Assembly (NCBI GenBank): GCA_001001375.1
Contig: LCNU01000003.1
Coordinates: 1-55,305, forward strand
Direction of reading: 5' to 3'
Source: Candidatus Amesbacteria bacterium GW2011_GWC1_47_15
Lineage (GTDB): Bacteria; Patescibacteriota; Microgenomatia; CAZETR01; Amesbacteraceae
DNA: 55,305 nt
A model generated the notes under the pieces. The model was not told the origin of the DNA and made no database searches. It saw nothing but the letters and a program-made list of their open reading frames with translations. The position numbers and the translations under genes are program-made. Of this stretch, positions 45,581 to 54,091 are shown one piece after another; position 1 is the first letter of the stretch, and every line of letters starts with the position of its first letter.

Positions 45581-46337
45581 GGGAAGGTTTCAGGGCAGAA
45601 ACAAATACCTGAGGACCCCAGAATTCGAAAGGGAATATGTTTGACCGACCTAAAAATAAAAACAGTTTTTTCCTGAGGTTTTCCGGTTTGGCTTCCAACT
45701 GCCAAAGGGAAGATATATTCGTAATCTGAAGGCCTTGCTGTTTGAGATAAATCAACAGGGAAAAAACGTAAGGCTCAACAGTAGTATCGTCATCGATACG
45801 GTTGTAAGACTGCCTGGGTCGGACGTGATGCCAGTCAAGCTTTTCCGAAGGTTTGAATGCCCGGGAAAAATCATCAATTATGCCTTTGAGAATTTTTTTA
45901 GCAGGTGTTTCATCCGATACAGGAGATCGGCGATTAGGAGCGCCGTAATTGGGACAAAGAATTATTATCTCACCGCCCGGTCTGCAAACACGAAGCATTT
46001 CCGCGATGACTTTTTCGGGATAGACAGTATGTTCCAAAGTGAAGGCAGTATATGCCAGATCAAAATAGTTTTTGGGGAAAGGCAGGTCCTCCCCCCGGGA
46101 TACAACAAAACGATGTCGGGGGTATTGTTTTTTGGCCAGATCTATGGCCTTGGGATTGATGTCCACTCCCCATCCGGACTGCCTGGGCAGCAGCAGAGTC
46201 GTCAGGCGGGAACCTTCACCGCAGCCTACATCCAAGACTTTCTTTGATTCCCGAACCCGATCGGCCAGATATTTTAAGCCCGGGTGAGTGCCGATGCTTT
46301 TTCCCGCACGGCGGGCTATCGTATAGTATTCGCTCAT
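45573..46337 (-). CDS. Class I SAM-dependent methyltransferase
   Basis: Motif I VLDVGCGEGS, with later CRPGGEIIILCPN. Confidence 0.8.
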   Translation of the reverse strand: MSEYYTIARRAGKSIGTHPGLKYLADRVRESKKVLDVGCGEGSRLTTLLLPRQSGWGVDINPKAIDLAKKQYPRHRFVVSRGEDLPFPKNYFDLAYTAFTLEHTVYPEKVIAEMLRVCRPGGEIIILCPNYGAPNRRSPVSDETPAKKILKGIIDDFSRAFKPSEKLDWHHVRPRQSYNRIDDDTTVEPYVFSLLIYLKQQGLQITNISSLWQLEAKPENLRKKLFLFLGRSNIFPFEFWGPQVFVSALKPSHE

Positions 46338-47161
46338 GCGGATAACCGCCTTTTAAAAAGTTTTAACGGGGTCTGCCAGGAAGCATTCATAAGATAGATG
46401 ACGGATCGTCTTTGCCAGGGAGATGCCACCAAAGACGGGCGGGGAAGAAAAAATACCTCCGGGAATATAAAGTCATCAGGAAACGGAATGCCTAATTCGA
46501 ACTTATATTTGACCGCCCTTTTGATCACCGACAAATCCCGGGCTGCATTTTCTGAACGTCGCAAGTGAGTAGCGTGCAGATATCTTCCCGGCAGCAACTG
46601 CCCTAAGAAAGGTGTACGCTCTTGTATTAAAACCCCATTGCCGTCAAAAAGCCCGCGTTGCATATGCGGACGGTCGTAATGCAGACCGGAGATCCGGCTG
46701 CGGTTGACCGCCCTGATTGTCACATGACCGCTGAATGGTCCTATCCTGTATTTTCCGGCCGACTCAGGCTGGTGGTGAAATATATCGCCTATTAAATTGA
46801 AATATTTATGCACCAGGAAATCCAAGCTATTTCCCTGCCGGCGAATTAAATCGGTCATCTGCCGGACAGCTGACCAAGGCCAGATTTCGTCTCCGTCCAG
46901 GTTTATTACCCAGTCGCCTACTGTTTTTTCCAGCATCTGCTGACTGACAGTTGTAAATTCATCAGCGGTAACTTTACCCAGGCGGCGAAACTTAATCTTG
47001 GGAGAGTCTATAGACTCTACGATTTCCGGTGTGCGGTCTGTGGAGCCTGTATCCCAAACGAGCATTTCGTCCACATAATCCAGCATGGACATGAGGGCAT
47101 ACCAAACAAAACGCTGCTCGTTTCTGATTATCGTATGGGTGACAATTTTAGGCACGGACAC
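46334..47161 (-). CDS. Glycosyltransferase family 2-like
   Basis: THTIIRNEQRFVWYALMSMLDYVDEMLVWDTGSTDRT ... NLDGDEIW, a GT-A fold with DxD. Confidence 0.7.
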   Translation of the reverse strand: MSVPKIVTHTIIRNEQRFVWYALMSMLDYVDEMLVWDTGSTDRTPEIVESIDSPKIKFRRLGKVTADEFTTVSQQMLEKTVGDWVINLDGDEIWPWSAVRQMTDLIRRQGNSLDFLVHKYFNLIGDIFHHQPESAGKYRIGPFSGHVTIRAVNRSRISGLHYDRPHMQRGLFDGNGVLIQERTPFLGQLLPGRYLHATHLRRSENAARDLSVIKRAVKYKFELGIPFPDDFIFPEVFFLPRPSLVASPWQRRSVIYLMNASWQTPLKLFKRRLSA

Positions 47162-48428
47162 GGGAGGAGAGATACAAATAATAACTGATGCTGACTATGG
47201 CCATGGCAATGTGAACAAAAAGTACGACCAGAGCCGAGCCGGTGATACCCAACGGCGGTATCAACATCAAACTCAATATAACCGTCAATATAATTGCTCC
47301 GGCACCCTGCCAGAAGAAATATTGAGGTTTGCCGAAAAAATACTGGATGCAATCCCTTAAGGGAGAGAGGCCGAAAAACAATGCCAGACCAGCCAACAGG
47401 ATCAAAAACGGTGTCCAGGCACCGCTGTAAGTCTTTCCGGCAAACTGCAGTACCAACCAGGCAACAGGGATAATCAGCAATGAGGCCGATATGGCCATAA
47501 CATTGCTCATAAGCAGTACTTTCTTCAAATAACGACCGGCATCCGAAGAACTGGTGAAAGAAGAAAACCTGGGAACGGTAACCGCCCCAAATGCGGTAGT
47601 GAGCTGAGGAAGGATGACGATCATCTGAGTGGCAAGCGCATAAACTCCGACGGAATTCAAGTCCAGAAAGCGGGCGGTCAGGAGAGTATCGATCCGGGCG
47701 CCGATCGCGGAGACAATGACGGTGGCGGTAATCCATTTATTAAAACTAAAAAACTGCCTGATTAATCCAGGGGTTACATCAACCGTCGATATTCGGGGAC
47801 GAAGAAACCACCAACCGATCAGAAAACCCAAAAGCGGCAGGGTGAAATGTACCACTATTGATGAATAACCGGTAAGCCGGGAAAGGGCGAGTAATATGAT
47901 TATCAATAACAAACGCAGGGCGTTGGTACCAACGAACAACCCCCCCCAAAGATAAAATTTCTGCCGGGCTTGAGCGAGAGAATATACAAACGAAAAAAGC
48001 ATTGATGCCAAGATGCCGATACCGGCCAGGCGCATAAAAGGTACCAGCTGCGGCTGGCGGAAAATAAACTCCGAAAAAAACGGAGCAAATATCATAAATA
48101 AAATCACGGCCGTTGTGCCCATGAGAAGCTTTACCAAAAAGGCCAGAGTAAGAATACCGTCTATCTGTCGGGGAACATTTCGGAATACCCCCGAAAACTT
48201 GACCAGTCCCTGACTGGTTCCCAAGTCAAAAACCGATGACAGCATGGTAACAAGAGCGGCTATTGCGGAAAAAGCACCGTATTCCCCTGCGCCGATAAAA
48301 CGAGCGAGAAGCAGATAAAATACAGCCCCCAACCCGCCATTGATCACTGTGGAGACGGAGGTGACCAGTGATTGGCGCAGGGTAGCAGTGGCAAACAGAT
48401 GCTTAAACGGCAACGGCATGAGCGGCAA
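47148..48428 (-). CDS. Wzx-like oligosaccharide flippase (MOP superfamily, Polysacc_synt)
   Basis: 426 aa with about 12 TM helices and a typical N-terminus: LVTSVSTVINGGLGAVFYLLLARFIGAGEYGAF. Confidence 0.78.
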   Translation of the reverse strand: MPLMPLPFKHLFATATLRQSLVTSVSTVINGGLGAVFYLLLARFIGAGEYGAFSAIAALVTMLSSVFDLGTSQGLVKFSGVFRNVPRQIDGILTLAFLVKLLMGTTAVILFMIFAPFFSEFIFRQPQLVPFMRLAGIGILASMLFSFVYSLAQARQKFYLWGGLFVGTNALRLLLIIILLALSRLTGYSSIVVHFTLPLLGFLIGWWFLRPRISTVDVTPGLIRQFFSFNKWITATVIVSAIGARIDTLLTARFLDLNSVGVYALATQMIVILPQLTTAFGAVTVPRFSSFTSSSDAGRYLKKVLLMSNVMAISASLLIIPVAWLVLQFAGKTYSGAWTPFLILLAGLALFFGLSPLRDCIQYFFGKPQYFFWQGAGAIILTVILSLMLIPPLGITGSALVVLFVHIAMAIVSISYYLYLSSRVRA

Positions 48429-49674
48429 CCTTCTCTCCCAATTCTACCGCATAGTTGGTTCCCCGGTCCCAGGGATACACTTGCTGAATGTTGGCCAGGT
48501 AAAGATTGGGGATAGGTGTATCAAGGGGAGGGATAAGCCGGGAGTAACGGGGGGTAACTATAGGTTGAGCGAATGGTGCTTTCCATACCCATAAGCTGCG
48601 GATCCAGGAGGATTTGAAATCCGGATTAATTTTTTTAAGATGCGGAGTAAATATTTTTACCAGATCGGACGCCGATTTTTTGAAATATTCATGATCAGTG
48701 GGGAGGTAATTACCGATATAAACCAGGCGGTCTCCCCCGTAATGGGCAGGATTCTGATAGTTGGTATGTTCGACCACTGCCAGGAAGGGCATGTTTTTTT
48801 CATTTATGTTGAGCCAGTAGGTTCCCTTCAAAAACGGTTTTTTTAAAGCCAACACCAGATTGACGGCACCGATGCCTGTCAGCCGACGGAGTTCATTTAT
48901 GTAGTCCCGGGGCAGCTGGGGAGCCAATCGAATCAGCAGCGGTGTAGGCAGCGTACAAATTACTTTGTCAAAACGGTGCTTCTTCCCGGTAGTCTCAAGA
49001 TCTATTTTACTTTTGACATAAACAATCTGATTTATATCGATACCATAATTTATTTTAGCTCCCAGCTTTTGAGCGTAATCAGCAAAAGAACGCGCCAGGT
49101 TTTCATAGCCTCCTTCAGGATAACCCAAATTCATACTGCGCTTATTGATCCGGGTCCAAAACCAGGATGCAGCAATAGAATCCGCAAAGTGGTGAAACTT
49201 ACCCCGGAAAAGAGGTTCCCAGATAACAGACCAGGAATTTTCCCCCATAACAACCCGGATAAATTTATGGGCGGTAGTATATTCTAATGGCTTCCAGAAG
49301 GGATTTATTTTTAGAAACGCCAATCCGGCTCCGGTACGCAGGCGGTCAAACATGGGCAGCGGCCGGAATTTTAATAAACTGATCGGAGAATCCAACTGAT
49401 AGACACCCCCTTTTACAAAGGTGGAGGTAACCGGACGGGTAAAGAAAATGGGGTGGCCTACTTCTTCGGCCAGCCGACGGATATGAATATCCGAAACAAA
49501 AAAATGATGGTAGTGTTTTTCCAAAGGCCATTCCCAGCCCTTATCTTTGAAACCTGTAGCCAGGCCGCCGGGACGGTCCTCTTTTTCGAATACGGTTACT
49601 TTGTGTCCGGCCTGGGACAACCGGATAGCAGCCGCCAGCCCTGTAAACCCGGCACCGATTATTCCTATTTCCAT
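48403..49674 (-). CDS. FAD/NAD(P)-binding oxidoreductase (amine-oxidase / phytoene-desaturase / UDP-galactopyranose-mutase-like fold)
   Basis: N-terminal dinucleotide fold MEIGIIGAGFTGLAAAIRLSQAGHKVTVFEKEDRPGGLA. 423 aa. The exact family is not resolvable by eye. Confidence 0.65.
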   Translation of the reverse strand: MEIGIIGAGFTGLAAAIRLSQAGHKVTVFEKEDRPGGLATGFKDKGWEWPLEKHYHHFFVSDIHIRRLAEEVGHPIFFTRPVTSTFVKGGVYQLDSPISLLKFRPLPMFDRLRTGAGLAFLKINPFWKPLEYTTAHKFIRVVMGENSWSVIWEPLFRGKFHHFADSIAASWFWTRINKRSMNLGYPEGGYENLARSFADYAQKLGAKINYGIDINQIVYVKSKIDLETTGKKHRFDKVICTLPTPLLIRLAPQLPRDYINELRRLTGIGAVNLVLALKKPFLKGTYWLNINEKNMPFLAVVEHTNYQNPAHYGGDRLVYIGNYLPTDHEYFKKSASDLVKIFTPHLKKINPDFKSSWIRSLWVWKAPFAQPIVTPRYSRLIPPLDTPIPNLYLANIQQVYPWDRGTNYAVELGEKVAAHAVAV

Positions 49675-50939
49675 GACCTTTTCACTATATACAAACTAAG
49701 AAAAAGTACAAGAGTATTGGCCAATCCCAGTGCCCCGACCGGACCTGACAAACCGAAAAGAGGAGTGAATACTAAATTTCCCCCGATGACAACCAGAACT
49801 TGTAATAGACCTAAAATACCCACCCACTTCGGCGATTTGAAGTGATAAATTAAAAGGGATAAGGGGATTATGGTATACAGAGCCGGTAAATAAGCGAGGG
49901 TTAATCCACGGAAATAGATAACAGCCTCAGCTGCGCGAATACCAAATAAGGCCGGAACCAGCCAGGGGGCTATCATCGCACCGAATAACATAGCCGCTGC
50001 GAGACAGGTAATTCCCAAAAACGCCTTTTGCAGGTAAACCTTTAGGTTTGTTATGTTTTCCGTTACAGAAAAACGGGAAGCCAATACGGCAGTCAGGGAA
50101 ATAAAAATAACCGGATAGAAATTTGCCAGTCGGGCAGCTACGGAATAGATACCCGTAAGCGAAGGTCCAAGAAACACCAAAACCAGCGGTACATCCAGCC
50201 TGGTAGTGACTGTGGAAGCGATCTTATAAACTCCAAGCCAACCGCTGAAACCTACCAAAGACCGAATATGGTTTGCAGAAGGCACATTCAGCCGACGGAT
50301 TCCCAGCCAATTTAACGAAAGGATAATTCCCAGGACGGGAGCCAGAAAAGTGATAGTTTCAACAGTTAACAGGGAAAATTTCCAGGCAAAAATCCATGGC
50401 AGACATGCCAGGAGAAAACGCAGCAGGGAAAAAGTATTAGAAGCTATCGCAGAATGTAAGAATTGTTTTTTGGCCTGAAGAGAATAATTTAGAATATCCA
50501 ACAACGAAATAGTAATAATAGCCAAACCGGCGACCATGACGGCTCCGATCTGCGGAGTGCGAAATACCGTTCTTGCCAGAAATGGAGAAAAAACCACTAT
50601 TACAAGAGATGCCGCGGCAGAGATAACCAAACGTAAGAATAAACCCGAGTTAAGATACCGCCAGGCTCCGGTCGAATCGGAAGAGTTCAGACAACGCGGA
50701 ATGAAAAATAAAAGACCGCTGCCTATTCCGAGGTCCAGAATCAGGACGGCGGTAAAGACCAGGTTGTTTATAGCGGAAAATATTCCGAAATCGGAGGAGG
50801 TCAGCAAGCGGAAGGTGATCAAGGTAAACAGAAAAGCAAATACAGAATCGGCAATATTGCCGGTAAAAAGGATATAGGTGGACTTGGCAGATCCCGAGCC
50901 AGCCAGCGAGAGAGCACGGTGTAAATACTTCTTCACCAT
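49665..50939 (-). CDS. Wzx-like oligosaccharide flippase (MOP superfamily), second copy
   Basis: 424 aa with about 12 TM helices: FTGNIADSVFAFLFTLITFRLLTSSDFGIFSA. Confidence 0.75.
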   Translation of the reverse strand: MVKKYLHRALSLAGSGSAKSTYILFTGNIADSVFAFLFTLITFRLLTSSDFGIFSAINNLVFTAVLILDLGIGSGLLFFIPRCLNSSDSTGAWRYLNSGLFLRLVISAAASLVIVVFSPFLARTVFRTPQIGAVMVAGLAIITISLLDILNYSLQAKKQFLHSAIASNTFSLLRFLLACLPWIFAWKFSLLTVETITFLAPVLGIILSLNWLGIRRLNVPSANHIRSLVGFSGWLGVYKIASTVTTRLDVPLVLVFLGPSLTGIYSVAARLANFYPVIFISLTAVLASRFSVTENITNLKVYLQKAFLGITCLAAAMLFGAMIAPWLVPALFGIRAAEAVIYFRGLTLAYLPALYTIIPLSLLIYHFKSPKWVGILGLLQVLVVIGGNLVFTPLFGLSGPVGALGLANTLVLFLSLYIVKRSWK

Positions 50940-50973
50940 TCAATTATAAACGGGGTATCGGGCATTTTTTTTT

Positions 50974-50981
50974 GCTACAAT
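50974..50981 (+). promoter_or_regulatory. Extended -10 TGCTACAAT abutting ATG 50982, 6 nt upstream of in-frame GTG 50988
   Basis: TG at 50973-50974 and TACAAT at 50976-50981, preceded by a T9 tract (50965-50973). The region lies in a 42-nt divergent spacer. Confidence 0.35.
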
Positions 50982-51716
50982 ATGGGGGTGAAAAAAAAGA
51001 AAGATATATCGGTTGTTCTACCGGCATACAACGAGGAAGAAAATATCCTCCTTATCATTTCGAAGATACAACCCTACCTGAAAAAAAATTTCGGGAAATA
51101 CGAGATCATCGTTGTGGATGACGGCAGCAGGGACAAGACTGGAAAGATCGTCAAAGATCTCCAAAAGACACGACCCTGGCTAAGACTGGTAACGCATCCA
51201 AAAAACAGAGGCTACGGCGCGGCACTGCGATCCGGATTCACCAGTGCAAAAATGCCGTGGGTATTTTATACCGACTCGGACAACCAGTTTGATATCAACG
51301 ATCTGGACAAGCTGATGCCGCTGACGGAAAAATTCGATATCGTCGCCGGGTACCGGGAACACCGACAGGATCCGTACATGAGGATATTTATTGCCTGGGT
51401 ATATAACCAAATAATATGGCTTTCGCTGGGTTTGAAAATCCGGGATATCGACTGCGCTTTTAAAATTTACAAAAAGCAGGTATTTGACAAGATCAAAATG
51501 ACCAGCGAGACGGGTCTTATCGACGCAGAAGTGTTGGTGAAGGCAAAAAGGGCGGGGTTTACCATCGGGCAAACCGGCGTCCGGCATTTTCCCAGGACTT
51601 TGGGGCAGACGGTATATGAAGTGGGGGGAAGAAATAAATTTTTCGCGTTTGTGAAGCCTCAGGTCGTAATGAGTTTACTTTACGAAATCGGATCACTGCG
51701 TCGGGAGTTGGGATAA
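50982..51716 (+). CDS. Polyprenyl-phosphate sugar synthase-like GT2 (DPM1/DPG-synthase/GtrB-like)
   Basis: ISVVLPAYNEEENI, VVDDGSRDKT, NRGYGAALRSG, and YTDSDNQFD. The true start may be GTG 50988. Confidence 0.78.
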   Translation: MGVKKKKDISVVLPAYNEEENILLIISKIQPYLKKNFGKYEIIVVDDGSRDKTGKIVKDLQKTRPWLRLVTHPKNRGYGAALRSGFTSAKMPWVFYTDSDNQFDINDLDKLMPLTEKFDIVAGYREHRQDPYMRIFIAWVYNQIIWLSLGLKIRDIDCAFKIYKKQVFDKIKMTSETGLIDAEVLVKAKRAGFTIGQTGVRHFPRTLGQTVYEVGGRNKFFAFVKPQVVMSLLYEIGSLRRELG

Positions 51717-52834
51717 AAAAGAGACTTTAAAAAATACACTGATAACAAATAGATAAAAGGCGTCAGGAGGACGAGATAACGGGGGAAAACGGAGGTAAGG
51801 GAGAGGAAGGAGAGGTAGACGAGAGCCCACATCCCAACAAAGACTGCAGGACCGTTAATAATTTTCAATTTTAAATTTGAAATCCTTCGACTTTGCTCAG
51901 GACGAGTTTGAAATGAAAATATAAATGATATCAATGACAAAATTAATGCCGGGAACCAGAGGGGAGTCCACTCCCTTACCCTCAATAATTCCTTTCTCCC
52001 CCACCAAGTAGGCCAACGGCCGGAAAAAATTATGGGAAATATGCCACCCCAGGGAGCACGGGCATTTCCGGCCCACCAATCCGCCATCCAACTTTGCAAA
52101 CGCAAAAAAGCCATTGGGTCGGGATTTCTTACCAACGAAGGTAAATAAGGTATGACAAAACCTACCAGGATAAACGGTAGGGAAATAATATAAGCGATAA
52201 AGCTGCGGAAATTCTGCCGAAAAAAAAGATAAACCAAATAGACGGCTAAAAGCAGCAGTCCGTTAAGCCAGAATTTTACAGCCATCAATAACCCCAGGGA
52301 GAAGCTGGCCGGGATGAAAAAGCGGACGTCTTTCTCCGCCCGCAAAAAGAAATAAACCGAAAGCAGCAGGAAAAAGAGAGCGGGGATATCCAGATAAGCG
52401 TCGGCAAGGAGAAGACGGAACTGGGGATCGAGGGTTTGGAGAATGACAACGATCAAAGCCGGAACCGGTGACTGAAACAGCAGAAAACCCAACAGATACA
52501 ACATAAAAACCGACAGCACACCCAGCGCCAGTTGAATGACTAGGGGGTTTTTAAAATAGAGGATACTAAGACCGAAAAACTGTTTACCCAAAGGGGGGAC
52601 TTCCGCCTGGAGAGTCACCGGGTCCAGACCCGTAACATATTTGTAACCGATAATGGGATACAATTCCGTATCCGCCAGAATCCGCGGTGCCTTGTCCCCG
52701 ATTATTGTCTGGGACCGGGAAAACTCTTGGTCCCAGTAATTAATATTGTAAGTGTGAGTGTAAACAAACCAATGGGAGTTAATAAAATGAAGTCCTATTA
52801 ACAAAAGAATCGCTATTAGCCAAAGATTTTTCAT
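51680..52834 (-). CDS. GT-C-fold polytopic membrane glycosyltransferase-like protein
   Basis: 384 aa and polytopic. Its 3' end overlaps the convergent GT2 gene by 37 nt. It is translationally coupled (ATGA) to the upstream GT-C gene. Confidence 0.55.
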   Translation of the reverse strand: MKNLWLIAILLLIGLHFINSHWFVYTHTYNINYWDQEFSRSQTIIGDKAPRILADTELYPIIGYKYVTGLDPVTLQAEVPPLGKQFFGLSILYFKNPLVIQLALGVLSVFMLYLLGFLLFQSPVPALIVVILQTLDPQFRLLLADAYLDIPALFFLLLSVYFFLRAEKDVRFFIPASFSLGLLMAVKFWLNGLLLLAVYLVYLFFRQNFRSFIAYIISLPFILVGFVIPYLPSLVRNPDPMAFLRLQSWMADWWAGNARAPWGGIFPIIFSGRWPTWWGRKELLRVREWTPLWFPALILSLISFIFSFQTRPEQSRRISNLKLKIINGPAVFVGMWALVYLSFLSLTSVFPRYLVLLTPFIYLLSVYFLKSLFYPNSRRSDPIS

Positions 52835-54060
52835 TTAATTAATTTATATACGGAATAACCGGATTCATTAGTGCTGAGTTTTTGAACTTTATAAGGATAG
52901 AAAGAGTTGAGTTCATAATTAACCGGAGACAGGTTCGCTTCTTCCGGGGCTAAGACATACAGGGCAGAGATACGGTTGTAATTATCGTAGACTTCAGGTT
53001 CCAAATGAAAATAATATTTCAGAAAATATCGCAGCTGGTGGGCGCGGGTATCGAAATCCAGAAGTGAGGCAACATTGAAGTTTTCCGGTCTTTGGTCAGC
53101 AATGACGGAAGCGGCTGATTCCCAATCGGCTAAAGACACACCGGCGGGAAGTTTTGGCTGCAAGTCCAAGTTTAAGAACATGTATAAGAAAATAATCGTG
53201 ACTACGGGTAAAAATCTTTTTTTGGACCAAAGACGGGTAAGAATATTCCCGCCAAGTATGGCCAGCAGAGGCCAGAAGTGGAGAAAGTGATAGTAGGTAA
53301 TATGGCCCTGACCCGGATTTGCCAGGGTATCCATAAAATACTGCCAAACAGACCGGGTATGGTAAAAATAATGCTTAAGATCGAAGAGGATCATCGGCAT
53401 CCCGGCAAAGATCGAGCCCAACAAATAATAAAAAGCGTTTTTGATTTTGGATTTTGAATAATACAACAATATCCCAACCACCAATATCAAAGTGAGCAGA
53501 TAAAAATATTCCAGGCCTAGAATTAAGCCCGACAGGAAGCCAAGATACAGAGAATATTGGGTTGAGCGGGTTTGGTAAAAACGATAAAGACCGAAAAGGA
53601 CTAAAAGACCCAGGAGGGGTAACCAGTTCAGGCTCCAGATGAAAAGAGAGTGGCCTACCATAAAAGAAGAGAAAAGGAATAAGATGGAAGAGAACAGAGC
53701 CGTCCAAAAATTGAAAACTTTTTTTGTCAAATGGTATAGAGTTAATCCCGTCAATAGATTTAATAAAGTAAAGAAAACTGTAATAGGCATGGGGCGGTAT
53801 TTAAACAACAGCATCAATGGAACCAGAGAGTAATTGAAAAAAGGGGCTGTAAACAACTGATGGCCCCGGGAAGTGGTCCTGAAATAAGGTTGGCCCAGAA
53901 GCGAAGGCTTTTCCAGCATTTGTCCGGAAATAAGTAAGGACATGGCCTGTTCAGGACCGAAGATAATTCTGTTCTGGTAATTGAAGAACCTGACACCGAC
54001 AGCAATGGCAAATACAGCGACGATAATTGCAGTTTTTGTCAGAGATGAAGGCCGGGACAC
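52831..54060 (-). CDS. GT-C-fold polytopic membrane glycosyltransferase-like protein (ArnT/PMT_2-like)
   Basis: 409 aa with a GTG start and about 10 TM helices, followed by a C-terminal soluble domain. It is adjacent to a DPM1-like GT2. Confidence 0.6.
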   Translation of the reverse strand: MSRPSSLTKTAIIVAVFAIAVGVRFFNYQNRIIFGPEQAMSLLISGQMLEKPSLLGQPYFRTTSRGHQLFTAPFFNYSLVPLMLLFKYRPMPITVFFTLLNLLTGLTLYHLTKKVFNFWTALFSSILFLFSSFMVGHSLFIWSLNWLPLLGLLVLFGLYRFYQTRSTQYSLYLGFLSGLILGLEYFYLLTLILVVGILLYYSKSKIKNAFYYLLGSIFAGMPMILFDLKHYFYHTRSVWQYFMDTLANPGQGHITYYHFLHFWPLLAILGGNILTRLWSKKRFLPVVTIIFLYMFLNLDLQPKLPAGVSLADWESAASVIADQRPENFNVASLLDFDTRAHQLRYFLKYYFHLEPEVYDNYNRISALYVLAPEEANLSPVNYELNSFYPYKVQKLSTNESGYSVYKLIK

Positions 54061-54091
54061 TGGATGTAGTATATAATCAGAAACTGAATAA

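Noticed and set aside
47128-47736. 202-aa alternative-frame ORF on the same strand as the Wzx flippase
   Set aside because: It is fully nested in the flippase CDS. Its product is Arg/Cys/His-rich and not protein-like, whereas the flippase frame shows regular TM helices.
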